Source: Tubiluchus corallicola (lineage: Eukaryota > Animalia > Priapulida). Taken from it: 64,000 nt of DNA. The stretch spans positions 288,391-352,390 of the forward strand of contig JAQGDQ010000232.1 of NCBI GenBank assembly GCA_030141605.1. The letters run 5' to 3'. Below the pieces are notes generated by a model. That model saw nothing but the letters and a program-made list of their open reading frames with translations. It was not told the DNA's origin and did no database searches. Each line of letters starts with the position of its first letter. Position 1 is the first letter of the stretch. Of this stretch, positions 1-13,500 are shown piece by piece. Position numbers and translations under genes: made by a program.

Positions 1-1860
1 ATAAGCGGCGGCCACTGTACTATGAATTGGGTAGATCTACCATTTTTGATTAGCCACAAGTGTACTTGCATGATAAGATTCTGACAACTGGTATACTGGT
101 TGTATATTGTATCATGGAAACAAGTCCATTTAATGTTGATCGCATGACTACTACAAATTCCCAAGTTTTGTTAGTCAAGAGTGGCTTTACTGATGTTTTA
201 CTCCATGCTTCTTTGCAGTAGGTTTATTTAGCTGATTGTTACTGCATCTCTGGTGTAATAGCAAGCTTGTGACATCTGGTGGATTTGAAAGACAGGTTTT
301 TTTGCTATAATAACTCAGGGAAAATTAAGAAAAAATGCAGCAGACTTCTGAATTCAAGACACAGCACGTGTAGTTTTTTTAACACCCACTTTTATAGTTT
401 ATATTGGTTGTTTACATCTTGAGATATTTTAAGTTGTAAATCGAAGTTTTAATCCCATTCAACAGTGAGATATTTTGCTATTCTAAAAACAAATTTTGAA
501 TTGAATGTAAAATTATTTAGCATTTTGTTTAATGGAATGGTGCTGTCTTTTACTGCATTTACATGTTGAATCTGTTTTTGCATTCAATGATCAATACTGT
601 ATATTAGATAGTGAAACATTATTCTTTACTATCACTGTGATGTATAAGGTTGTATAACCCTTTTACATATTTTTAATCTTAGGTAGATAGTAATCGACAT
701 CTCATGTAAATTTACATTTGAATTTAAGAATGTGTTGAGTTAGACGTCTAAGTGAATCTCATATATCTTATTGGATAATCGCATTAGTTGTCGGTTTGTT
801 CATAGTTAAATGAATTAGTTGCTTTCTTACTGTTTATTATTAATATAATGAATGTGAGAAGGGCAATGTGTAATGACTGTTGTATTTTTACCAAGTTAGG
901 GCTATACATTGTTAAGTGACAAGTAGCTTAAAGTCTGATTAATGCCATAGAAGATCTTGTTTTGTAACTATGGCAAAGTTTCATATCTGGTTTGTCTCAT
1001 ATCTTGCTCTTATGATGAAAGTTACCACGAATGACTATTAAATGCACCCAAGGATCTTTTTGTACTGTCGTTCTAAATGTTTGCTTACAATTCTGGCTGG
1101 TACTATTATACAGGATAGAATATGCACTTAGCTGCAAGTAACCTGATCAAAAGCTCATAAAATATACTGTTGGGCTAGGTACATGTTTGCTGTACTAAGT
1201 CTAGGATCCATACTATACTAAACGTTAATTAAATGTTTTTTATTTCTCTAGAACTACTTTTGTTTTATTTAAATGTGCAGAAGAAAACTTGTCAAAGTCA
1301 CTTGTCTATTTTTTCAAATTTGATCCTATTCTGTGGTAACTTTATCATCACCTTTGTACAATTCTTATTACTTTTGTACATTTCTAGTTTATCCAGCTCC
1401 ACCATTTCATTTTATTAGAAAGTTTCCACAGGTTTTAAAAGAAACAATTGTTTTTTATAGTAAGAAGACATTAAAGATTAATTCTTGAATGTGCTTTTGT
1501 GTTTAGTCGAAGAAACCTCGAAAAGCAGATATATCGAGCCCATTACAATTAATGCCCCCAAAATGTCCCTTTCTATTTTTTAGGATAAAATTGTAAAAAA
1601 CATTGGGGAATCCATGTATAATCTTTGTTTTACTTTGTTGGTATTAATGAATGCCAAACTTATTAAAAAACAATTTTCTTTTCTTGTCTGTAAATCAAGT
1701 TTACTTTCTTTGCATGTGATTAAAGTATAAAGGTGCTATCCTGTATTTTGATAACTGCAGGTGCCTCTGTAAACTTACGATGCATTTACTTAAGTGTCAC
1801 ATTATGTACTTTAATAAATTTTATATAAACAACTTTTTTGCATTGTTTTTTTATGTGTTA
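1..1860 (+). other. Possible 3' UTR of an upstream convergent + strand gene
   Basis: T/TG-rich non-coding sequence with AATAAA at ~1813 followed by a T/GT-rich tract; no coding exon is visible. Confidence 0.3.
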
Positions 1861-2802
1861 CATTTTTTGTTATAATGTAGTCAAATCAAGTTATTACACG
1901 TTTCAAGTGACTTTTTATGTATGGGATTCGTGTACTTTTATGGGAATATAAATTTGATCAGTTTCACTGACAGCATTTTTTCTCACATAGTGCCGGCTGA
2001 AGATTTTATGAACAAGATTTATGAAAATATTTTAAAAGCCAAGCAAGTTGTTGCAGAGTTTTGTACATTATTCTTTTAGTAAGCAAACTGATAATCTAAA
2101 AATGTTATTAGTTTCATCATTTAAATACACATCAATAGTCAGAATACCAAAACTTGAAAGTGAACAGATTAGTAGCTCTTGGGAGAAATTCTCAACATTT
2201 GCAATGACATAGAGCTGCACACATACTGATAATAACATCACTGAAAGCAGCTGTGGTGTCAGTATAGTGCAGTTTAATTTTTTGCATACAGCAAGCAAAA
2301 AATGAAGTCATCCATTGTCAGCTACTGTGTTGGTCTGTAAGTGCTTCTGTTGAGCATAAACTCATTAAGGCAATATTTGTGTAAACAAATCAACAAAACT
2401 AAATATATTCACGCATAAATACTTAGAGAAAAATTGGTAAATAGACAAAATTATATTAGCAAAATAAAAAGTCAAATAAATAAATAGCCAAAATAAATTC
2501 TTCTATGCTTATTTATAATAGTATTGATATAACTTAATGTGTGACTGCATACATATAGCTTGTGCAACGAATACATTTATTAATAATTCAGTGTAGCTTA
2601 TTTCAGCCTTATATCTTATGTTTTCTTTGCAGACACAGTCTTCAGGATGTTTAGAAAGAACTAGACTGACTTTCTTTACTTCTCTCGTTGGTGTTCTCCA
2701 GTGTACTTCGCAGCCTTTCCTGTACATTACCAGTGGCAGGCTCACTCGCAGAGACCTGCTGAGAGTCATTTGGTATTGTTTCATCAAATGTTTCAATAAA
2801 AT

Positions 2803-4039
2803 TCAACTGAGGAGAGTATTTTCAAAATTCCCTGACATGCCTTCCAATATTTCCTGTGCATTGCCCTGCAAAGAATCCTGCATAGTGTCCTGCCGAGAAT
2901 CTTCTTGTATCGTCTCTTCAGGACTTTGATCTGTAAGAGTTGACTCAGGAAAGCAATGTTGTATTTGTTCAGTTATCTGGTTGAACATTGCTGATACACC
3001 TGGCATTTCGTGAACATCACCTGCAGCAGCTTCACTCACGAAATCCTGCTGAGAAGATTCATCTTTGTGCAGCATATCACTGTTTTGTGAATCTAATAGA
3101 AATTCCTGCGATATTTCTACAGTAAAATTCTTGTGATGTGTTGTTGATGTTTCGTTTCTATCTTTGTCCTGTCCCTCACTTGGCGTTTCCTCTGTACTTT
3201 GCAAGGTATCGTTATTTTCAATGTGACATTCTATTGTTATATTATTTACATTCTTGTCTGCACTTTCAATGTTATTTACATTCTTATCTGTGCCTTCACT
3301 TGGTGTTTTACCAGTATTTTGTCTAGTTTCATCATCTGCAGATTCTGTGATTGTTTCTAATAATGTTTCTCTTGATACCTTAGGAGAAACAGGAGGCAAG
3401 TCTTTTATAAACACTGCTTCAACATATTTAAGTACATCTTTTTGTGGTACAATTTCAGCAGGTTCTACCAGATTTTGCAATTTCACCTGAGGGACTTTGT
3501 TGGCACTTTTGAATGCTGCTTCTTGCTTTTTGTCTTTGTTCTTTAGCTCATTTTCAGTTAGCATTTCTTGTTTAGCCACCTTTGCTTCTTCTATATTAGG
3601 TGCTTGATTGATATCTTTGGAAGCTGCTGGCTTTTCTTTTTGATCAGGACTTTTGAGATCTTTTTTTTCTTTTGGAATGATTGGCAATTCCTCTTCACCA
3701 GTTGTCCCACAAGCAAGTGGAATTTCAATTACACGGTCTGGCTCCTTTCCCGCTACCAATTTAGTATTTTCAGGCACTAGTGCTGTGGTCAAGTCATGCT
3801 TTTTTATGGCTTTTGGTTTGCTTAGGATGGCACTTTCAAGAATTTGTTGCCTTTCCATTTCTTTATATATTTTTCGTCTTTCCTCTTTACTTATTTCAGA
3901 TTTACTAATTTTTCCCACAGTTGGAGATTTATTTCCTGATGTAGCAGTTCTTTTCATAGGTCTTGGTGATAGCAGTGCATTAGGATCATTTGAAGCCCCA
4001 AGCAGAGCAGTATGTTCTTTTTGCTTCTTTTTTCTCCAA
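2803..4039 (-). CDS. Paralog A terminal exon: acidic low-complexity cytoplasmic tail
   Basis: Acceptor at 4040-4041; begins (R)WRKKKQKEH and continues into ORF 2803..3957. Homologous to 31828-32488. Possible frameshifted extension to 2651. Confidence 0.85.
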
Positions 4040-7000
4040 CTGAAAAAATAGTAATTTAGATTGATAGTTTAAGGTTGTGTATTGCTAAATAACTTCTTAA
4101 AGTTACACAGAGAAAGAAAATATTGATGTGTTACAAGATACACCCTGCTGATTAGGTAGAGCAAATCGACTACTGCACAAATTTTCGTCATAGTTGCTTG
4201 TAAGATTTGGAATGATGTGTCTGCTGTCATTTGGTTATTTAAGTTGAGTAATTTTTGTTATACCATTTTTGATTTATTTTGTCTCTAGATGGCTCATCAT
4301 GACTGTTATTTTCTTATCCTTGGTTTTTAATAAGCTAACTGAAGGTGGATCCATCATTAATTGGTTGCTAGGAGTAGTCCAAAACCTTCTTTCCTTTGTA
4401 CCAATTAACTCTCCATTAATCCCACTGTCAAAGACAACTGAGGTGTCAATACGTCAATCTGAGGTGCAGTCTTATTTTAGTATGGAAAAACTCTCATTTG
4501 CCATAATATTGATGGATGTACGCAGAATGTGATGCAATCTGTGCAGAACTAAGGTTATCGGTAAGATGTATCATTACTACATTTCCTAACCCCATTAATA
4601 TTTAACTGTCTGCCATATGCTGATCATTAAGTTCTTGAAGTAAAGTTTTGGACATGTTAATATAGGAACAGAGGCCTGTTGACAAACTATAATCTAAGGC
4701 GCCTCGTACGAACCCTACTAATCTAACCTCTGCAATAGTATTGATGTATGTAGAGTCTGACACAGTCTGTGTAGAGTTAAAGTTGTCGGTAAGACGTAAG
4801 ATACATTTCCTAACCCATGGATGAACATTAACTGTCTGTCGTATGCTGATTGTTAAGTTCTTGAAGTGAATCTTTGGTCTCGTAAAAAATAGGAACACAG
4901 GCCTGCCGAAGAACTACAATCTAAGGTGCTTTCTACCAATCTGCTTTTCTACCATCCCATCAATGCCTTGGGACTTACTTTGTGCAAATCCTGTACATTG
5001 TTGATAAATTATATGTATAAATGCTGATTAAAAAACTGTTTTTGTCAGAGCATTAAAACCTTTTATTTTGCTATCATAAAGCAATTATAGCTGTGATCTA
5101 CATCTTTCGAACTTTATGATGTGAGTGGAGCTTTACTTTTAATAAACCAACAAAAATGTTGTTTTCTTTATAGCAATCCATACTGATTTGTGTTAATTTA
5201 CATTTTATGATTGAACATCGAAGTTATTTCTAGGAATTACTTGGCTGCCTACAGTAAACAGGTAATCAAGTACCGTTCACCATAGGGTTTGTATAATTTA
5301 AATATTTTGTCGAAAGTCCTTAGACCAAAATTCTGTCATGTTACATTGCTGATGCACTACAAAAGACGATGTACATTAGTTTGGTCAGCAATGACATTCT
5401 TTATAGTAATGTAATAAAATTGTCTTATCTAATTTATACTCTATTTTCAAATGTCGCGTGATAACTGCCAAGGTTAGATTTGTGGTCTTCAAACACTGCA
5501 GTGGGAACTTTTGTGCTGGAATGTCTTGTCATTGATTCAATACTAATATAGTTGTATCACAATCGCCACCCATTTCACTTACTACGGAGACTTGTTGCCC
5601 AGAATTTGATATGTTCAGTATATGTGTGCTTGCATAGCAAAATCGTCCATAAATCAGCAAGTAAGGTTTTTTAGTTATTCAGATATCCTGAATCTCCATT
5701 TCATGAGGATCTTTTCATACCAAGTTCATTGTTCTATGTTATTTCTAAGCTGAGATAATCAATGTTGAAGTCGAGCTGCAGGCTGCCCACTGAAAAACAT
5801 AATCTTGAGATAATCACTATTAAAGTTAGCCATTGTTTTTGTGGCGTTTCTTCAAAACACTTAGCAACCGCACAAATCTTGGTTGCTACGGACTTTGCAA
5901 GAGTGCATTAAAGGTATGCTTAAATCCAGTAGATGCTCTTCCTGACGAAAATTTGGACTTGGCAACAGAAAAACCCGAAGCAAAATGACAGCATCCAGAA
6001 ACTACTATCGCAGTTTGAAAATAGGAGGTTTTTACAATTGCAGTACTTGTTTCTAGACAGAAAAGTGCGTAATGATTTATAAAATCAGATTTTTAGTATT
6101 TCTTGAACGTTTTCTTGATAATTTAATGCTAGAACATAGAAGTCCATTATATTTAGCGTTGGTGTTTATAAAATACAAAAAATTGACATTTGACCAAATT
6201 TTTTGGTCATTCTACTTTGAAGCATCATACGTTTTAGCTATGCAAGCACACATATAATATTCTTGTCCAGATTAATATAATTACTTTGAGTATAAAAAAA
6301 TTGTCCCAAAAACTGCTTACCGGTAAATAGCAACTGCAACTTCAGTAATAACAGTGATAACCAAGAATACAATAACTGCCCCAAGCATAGTAAAACCGTA
6401 AAAATAAGTAGTCTCTTTTGTGTCAGTAGATGCAGCTGCATAAGGAGAATTGGCACCTGGGAAACAGAAAGTAGCATAAAATATATTATTCTAAACAACA
6501 TGCTATTTGTTTACAACATTCATTAATTATTAATACAATAACGGCCACTTGGGGAATGGACAGTTGGGCTATGGAAACTTGGGTAGTGAACAATTGGATG
6601 GACTAACTGTCTAATTGTTGATCCACCCATTCATTTGTCATTTTCTTTTGTCTGTCTGTCGGTCTAGCTATTTGTCTGCATGTCTGTCTCTTTAATTAAT
6701 ATTTATCTCTACTGTCTTTTTAGTGTCTGTTTACCCGCTGCCGACCTTCTTACCCACTTACACACTTATCAACATACAAACTTGCTTGTCTATTTACACC
6801 TCTTTATCTGTCTATCTACAACCTTCCAATATTGACTATTTCAGTGCTGTATGCTGCTTGCCTGTCTGTTCATCTGCCTACCTACCAGCTTATAGATGTG
6901 GTTAAGCCTAATTACCAATCTGCCTTGGAAAGAAATACTTTAACTTTAACGAGAATTCCTACAACAGTAATTGATTGGTTATGCACTAGGTAGTAGTAAT

Positions 7001-10000
7001 TGAGGTGGTTACTGCAACAATAGGAGGCACTGGGAGTCACATTCACTGCAATAGCATCATCCCCACAAGTAGAAATGTTTTGCCTTAATCACGAGCAGCT
7101 TGAGCATTGGGAGCAGCATCAGCAGCAATAGACACACGGATATTTAGAAAAGAGATGACTTTTAAACACAAGGTTGTTTTGAAACTGGATGTTGGGCACA
7201 GGCAAGTTTATACACAAGTTGGACACACTGACAGAAGACATGGAGGTTAGATGCAATGAAGTTTGAACAAAATGGACGTTTTAGACATGTTGTAAAATGG
7301 AATAAGAGATACAAGTTGGACACAGGGAATTTTGAACAGTGAATTGACATTTTCTGACAATTATTTTATTATACTGTACATGTATTTTTATTGTTTAAAT
7401 TGATCATTTTAATGATTTCTATGGTTGGTTAGGTAATATACATGCACAGCTGTGTTAATATTATTAGTTACCAACAAAATTAATAAACTGCTCTGTTTCA
7501 TTCCTTTCCAGTCTGCCTTTTTCTCGACAGTTCTGCTCTGATCTCTTTTATTTTTGATCTGTTCTGTCCTGTCCTGCTTGCACTTGCTCTTTTCTGCTGT
7601 GTTAGTACATATTTTGGTCATTTTGAAATTTAGAAAGCTTGCTTTCTGCAAAGCTTTTCCCACATTTCCATTTTTAACATTCTAAATACAATTAGTTTTC
7701 ATCATTCCCAATGCCCAAATGTCTTACTGTCCAAATATCACTAAAACTTCACATACAACTTAGAAGGTGGACCCGTTAAAGAAAATTAAGACTTAAAGAA
7801 GTACAGCAAACAATTTCCTTCTGTAATAGAATCAGGAATATAAGTGGATTTTCATTATTTGTTCAAAACAATGAGTTACGACAAAGTTGAAGTACGAGAT
7901 ACCACGTGATACTAAATGCAAACCAGTCTTCGTGGTGGTATACTGACTGTATCACTATCTCCAAAGACTAAGAAACAGGTGGAAAGGTAAAGGCAAAGAC
8001 CATTTCAATATTAAATGAGATGGCAGAGGAAAAATGAGTGTGCAGCAAAGTGCTGAATTTCTGCATCTGATTTCTGGATCAGTTTCATGATAATGGATAA
8101 AAAATTAGAATAGATACAAGATTACGAGAAATCCAAGGAGAGAAAAGAATATCGTGATAAAACATTCATTAGCTTAATAGTTTCTAAGCTGTAGTGAAAA
8201 ACGTGCACTCTGTTTTAATCATTTTTGTTTTTGAAAGAATTTTGCAAAGATTTCCTATTTTCATAATTTTCATTTTTCCAAATATAATTTTTACCTTTTA
8301 CATAGTATATGACTTCTGCAGAGGAACAACGAGACTCTTCTTCAGTAGCATAGAACTCTTGCTGTGTGCATGCCGTAACAGTGAAGTCAAATATTTTTTG
8401 GTCAGTGAAATGTGGAAAAACGGCTTCTTTCCTCCCAATTCCACCAGATGAATAAAAGAAGTACAGGCTAGTAAAAATCAGCAATAGTCTAAGTTTCAGT
8501 TTTGAAAAATCATTGGTTTTATAAAGCATAGAATTTGTAATTATGCATCATGTTATATTATGACCTCACACCTAAATATATTTGTGTGTCTAATTCTCAT
8601 TACAGTTCCTTTATCAGTATTATGACCTCACACCTAAATATATTTGTGTGTCTAATTCTCATTACAGTTCCTTTATCAGCCAGTACAAAAAATTATTGTC
8701 GGCATTTCACATTTAAACAACTTTATAACCTCTTAAACGACTTTCAACAAAAAATTCATTTTATTTGGAACCTTGGTTGGAGCTGAAAATTGAGCGAGAT
8801 GAGTGCCAACCTTACATAGCAACAATAGTCATTGATTTGGCAGGGGATTTTAAATCCATGAAATGATTTCCAATAGAATGGGTTCAAATAATGGTCTTAG
8901 GACAACAGAAGTCTATTCTTTAATAGACACAGGTCTAGTCTTTAAAAACTTTATGATGCAACGTGATGCAGATCAAATTACAGTTAATATTATTTATAAC
9001 AGGTTATGATATTGTTTGTACAGTGGGTTTCATGTTTATATTGAAAGCTAACTCAGTGCTTGAGTTTTTTTTTCATTAATTTCTAAAGTAAAACTTTAGC
9101 TCATAGACAGACAATGTATATATAACCAGCCTCCTTTCAATTAAGCTAATATAGTGTAACAACTATTAAAATAATTACACAATGAATTTTTGATTTTGAA
9201 TTTTTAATATTCACTAGATTTCACAATATATGTACATTTCTGGCATAACTACAGCAAATTTGTGAGAGCTCCTAGTTAATTTTTCAAACCTTTTCAAGCA
9301 TCAGTAGTTGTAATACTATCTCGAAGTATGTGATGTGGATACAGAACATGATTGTCACAGGTACCTATTTAAATGACATCTGCTTACCCATTCTGAGATG
9401 AAGTATATGAAGTCTGTGCCCAAGCTGTTCTTCAAAACTCTTCATAACTTATCAAGATATAAAATGAACTGCGACATGTGCCACTTGCAATTTATAGTTG
9501 ATACTATCACAATATTAGCAGACTAAATTGTTTAGCAGTTAAAAAAGGCTTGTGATTCGTAGAACAGCCTCAAAAACAGAAAAAAAGACTTAGTTTCTTA
9601 GTGGCCTTGTTGTAGGAAACTGAGAAACAGAGGTTGACAGCATCTATGCAGACAGATAAAATAGAATTTTACTTACTGATCATAACGTGAGATTCTGTAG
9701 AATTTATTTGGTTGAAATATGTTAGGAGTTGTTGGCACAGCTGCTTTGACTTGGCCCACAAATTGTTCATCACTGGTGCCACGAAACTCGTATGAATTTT
9801 TAGTAAATTTTGGGTTCTTGTTATTTGACTGGGTAACATCTACAAATATTGTAGCATCATCTGTACATTGTCCATTATCGGCAACTGCAACAAGCCTATA
9901 GGAGTCTCTTCTCAGTGCCCACAGAGGTATTCTTACAACTAAGTCACCGTGAGACAACATTTTAAACTCATTTACTGAGCTTTCATTTCTTAGATAATAG

Positions 10001-10507
10001 CTCAAGGAGCCTGCTGCATGAGTGAGATGAACAGAAACACTAAGGATCACACTTCCGTTTGGAGTGTTCCCCATCACGTCTACGAAATACTCTTTATTGT
10101 GAAATTTTGGACATATCACTCCAGGATTCTCAACGGTGATGTGTAGCACAGCCAAGTCATAGAAGCTAGGGTTGGTCTCGGCTTGTGAGGCTTTGACATT
10201 TATAAGGTAGAGTTTAAGTTCATCCACAATTGATGTAACCGTCACAACTCCTGTAGTGTTATGTATCTGAAACTTTCCATCAGTTTGTTCAGCTGTAATG
10301 AAGGGCAAAAAATAAATGATCGTATAGCAAGCATGATGAACAGGATAGCATTTCAATTCTGCCATACCATTACACACCTCATACTAATACTGATGATGAT
10401 GATCACGACTACGAAGACGACCACAACAATGACATTGATAACAATAACAACACTAACAATAACAATAATAATAATAACCGCCACCGCCGCCACCACCACC
10501 ACCACCG

Positions 10508-10543
<36 letters not shown>

Positions 10544-13500
10544 CTCAGAGAGATGGCTGCCCAGCATGTAGTGCTTCTCCATAAGTTAACTGTTACGAAA
10601 TTTTATCACAAAATGCAAGTATTTGTGCTCAGATGCATATGTAAATAAGTTTGTTCAAGATGCAATTCAACTGCATGTATTAGGCATCTAAATATAATTT
10701 ATAGAAATTTTGCAGTTGAAACCTTACTAATATATGTGTAAATAAAGCATATTAGGTTTGCTGAAAATTTAATTGCTTGGGCGCCTCATGAACAAAATAT
10801 ATGTTTTCAGTAGTCTTAAACAAGCTTAGGTTAACAAAATTATATAGCTAAACAAGCTCCACTGTTTGGGTGAAGCAAACTGCGAAAATGCCCTTTGAAA
10901 AGTACCATGTGTTACAGGACATACATCTCTATACAAAGGATTTACTAAAACAAATCCAAAAAATATTAAAACAAAAAATTATAAATGCAAAATATTTAAG
11001 AAACATATTGTAACTATGTATGACAGTTTAAAAAGTTTAAGGACTGCACTGGTAAAGATTTGTCAATTCTTATTATAACTGAAGTTTTGCATGGCCCATT
11101 TTTATATTTTTTGATAACTAATAAATTGATTTTAGTTCAACATTCATCACAGATAAATTAAATGTATTTCATACTTTACAGCACTGTTTGTTATGTCTTA
11201 GAGAAAAAGTTAACAAACCAACCAAATTTTCATAGGTAATAAGATGTATAAAAATGCAGCTTCTTCTGATATGAAAATGTAAGACGTACAAACCGTAAGG
11301 AAATGTGTAAATCATTATGTCATTAATCGTAGTGTCTTGGTCTACAGCACGTATAGTAGAAGGTTTGACATCCACGCCAGTGCCCTAAAATTTACATGTA
11401 GACATTATAAGAGCAACACCAGATAATAAAATCGTTTAAATTGCATAAAATGCAGCACAGTGGTGGAAAAACCAAGCATAACATTTTAATCAAAATTAAA
11501 AAATTTAGAAAATGCAGCATATTCATCTAAATGCTCCAAAGGTGCATTTCTAAAACTGCACAAGATACAGGTGCTGCACAGTTGATGCAACAGTCTAATT
11601 TTTTATGATAACAGAGAAGGGCTTTGCCGTTAGCATGTCTGATAGCTATAAATTAACCTATATTTGTTAACTCGAAATATAAATAATCAGCCGCTCGCAA
11701 TGAAGATTTCAGATCTATTTTTTAAATACTCACCGCTTTCGCATTCAAATGTACTTTTGCTTTGTAAGTAGAATGTTCAAACTTTGGATTTAGATTGTCT
11801 TCATCAATCACAGAAAACGTAACATTAGTAATGGATGACAGCGGAGGCTCGCCTCCATCCTAATTTGCAAGTAATGACAGTTAGTATTTTGATAACTATA
11901 GAAGCACTTTTGAATTGAATTACTTTTTGGAAATTTGTCTGACACATCAGTAGCAATTACGAGATGTACATGACATTTGGGCAAGGCCATTTGAGCATGA
12001 GACTTTTGTGCGCGAAACAATTGGGCAGGAGACATTGGGCAACAGCAAAATTTAATATTGTACCCATTTTTTATTTTTGTTTATTAATTTTTTTTATGAT
12101 TCATCTCCCTAACTCTCCAAAATGAGCAAATTATGTATGAATGAAGATGCTATACATAATATTTTTTAAGATTAGCTCACTAAATTTAACATATATTGTA
12201 ACATGTCTTATAATTATTATAACCCGTCAATTGCCTTTACACTTTCTGGTTTTCCTCTTTTGTACAGAGTAAACGAAGCAGAAATAGACATTGCAAGTTT
12301 AGATAAGTGAGTTATAATTGTTTCCAATTTTAAGTACATGATCATATTTAGAAAAATAATCATTTGTTTTCTTACAAAAACTTTAAGTGTTTTAAAAGTT
12401 GGATGACAATCAGACAGTGAACAAGGATACCTCCAATTTTAGCCTACTATAAGCAGCATGATCTGAAGCATTATGCATAGAAATAGGTGTTCTTGTGTGA
12501 ATGAGTCTCGTAGTATCATAGTGATTCGGCACTGGTGACCAAATGTCGCGCGCCTAAATGGCCTGTCTCCAGTTATGGGGTTATCTTCGCAGAACACATG
12601 TGAAATTTGTGACTGATTTTGTGCATAATTTGTTCCTGTATAACTGATTAAATTTGTTTTCTTTTTATGTTCATAACTGATCTGATTTGTTTTTTGCTGC
12701 TTACGAATAATTTGACAGATCTGTATTTATGACGGATTATTTGATCTTGAATTATTTTTTTTTGTGTTAATGATTACTGACCGATCTCATGAATGATTCA
12801 TTTGATCTCTATTGCATGATCTGATGATTAACGTACCCAATTTCTACTCATGTACAATCATTTAGTTTTCATTACTAATACCACTTTTTTGGTCAAAGCT
12901 TTTTTGCTTTTATGTCCGGGGCCAATGTAGAGGATGTCAATAACCTTGCTAGCACAGTATATGAAATTTCATGGTAACTGATGCTACACTTCATTTTTCT
13001 TTTGATGTGCAGCAGTGAGTTCTGTATCAATTACCAAGCAGTGTGTATGTAAAATGTGAGTATAATTAACGCTTATTTACAGTTGTGTGGTTCATGTAAA
13101 TATATGTTTCGATTGTATGTTGTAAGTTTTTGCATAATTTTGGTTCAGTATGTCTAGTGATGTCAATATATTTAAACATAACTTAAATTTTTGTTTTTAT
13201 TTCTGGAGTACAATAACAATATTCAACAGTATATATAAATGTATAGAGTACATACTATGCAAGAGTATACACAATAAGTAGATAATTTTAGTCTGCTACT
13301 TTGGTTTCAGATATTTCTGCCTTGTCACCTAGTTAATTACCAATCGATGTGTTCTTATTCTGCTCTTTTTTATAGCAAACAAAAACTCTATAGAAGTTAA
13401 TATATTCCCACTTAAAATCTTGCTTTTGTTTCCAAGATATAGAATCCACAGTTTCTTGACCAATTAGTCATTGTGGACTAATTAATGACTATCTATAATT

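Noticed and set aside
2509-2796. ORF 2509..2796 as the continuation of the paralog A tail
   Set aside because: Its composition is unlike the tail; the third frame ending at 2651 fits better.
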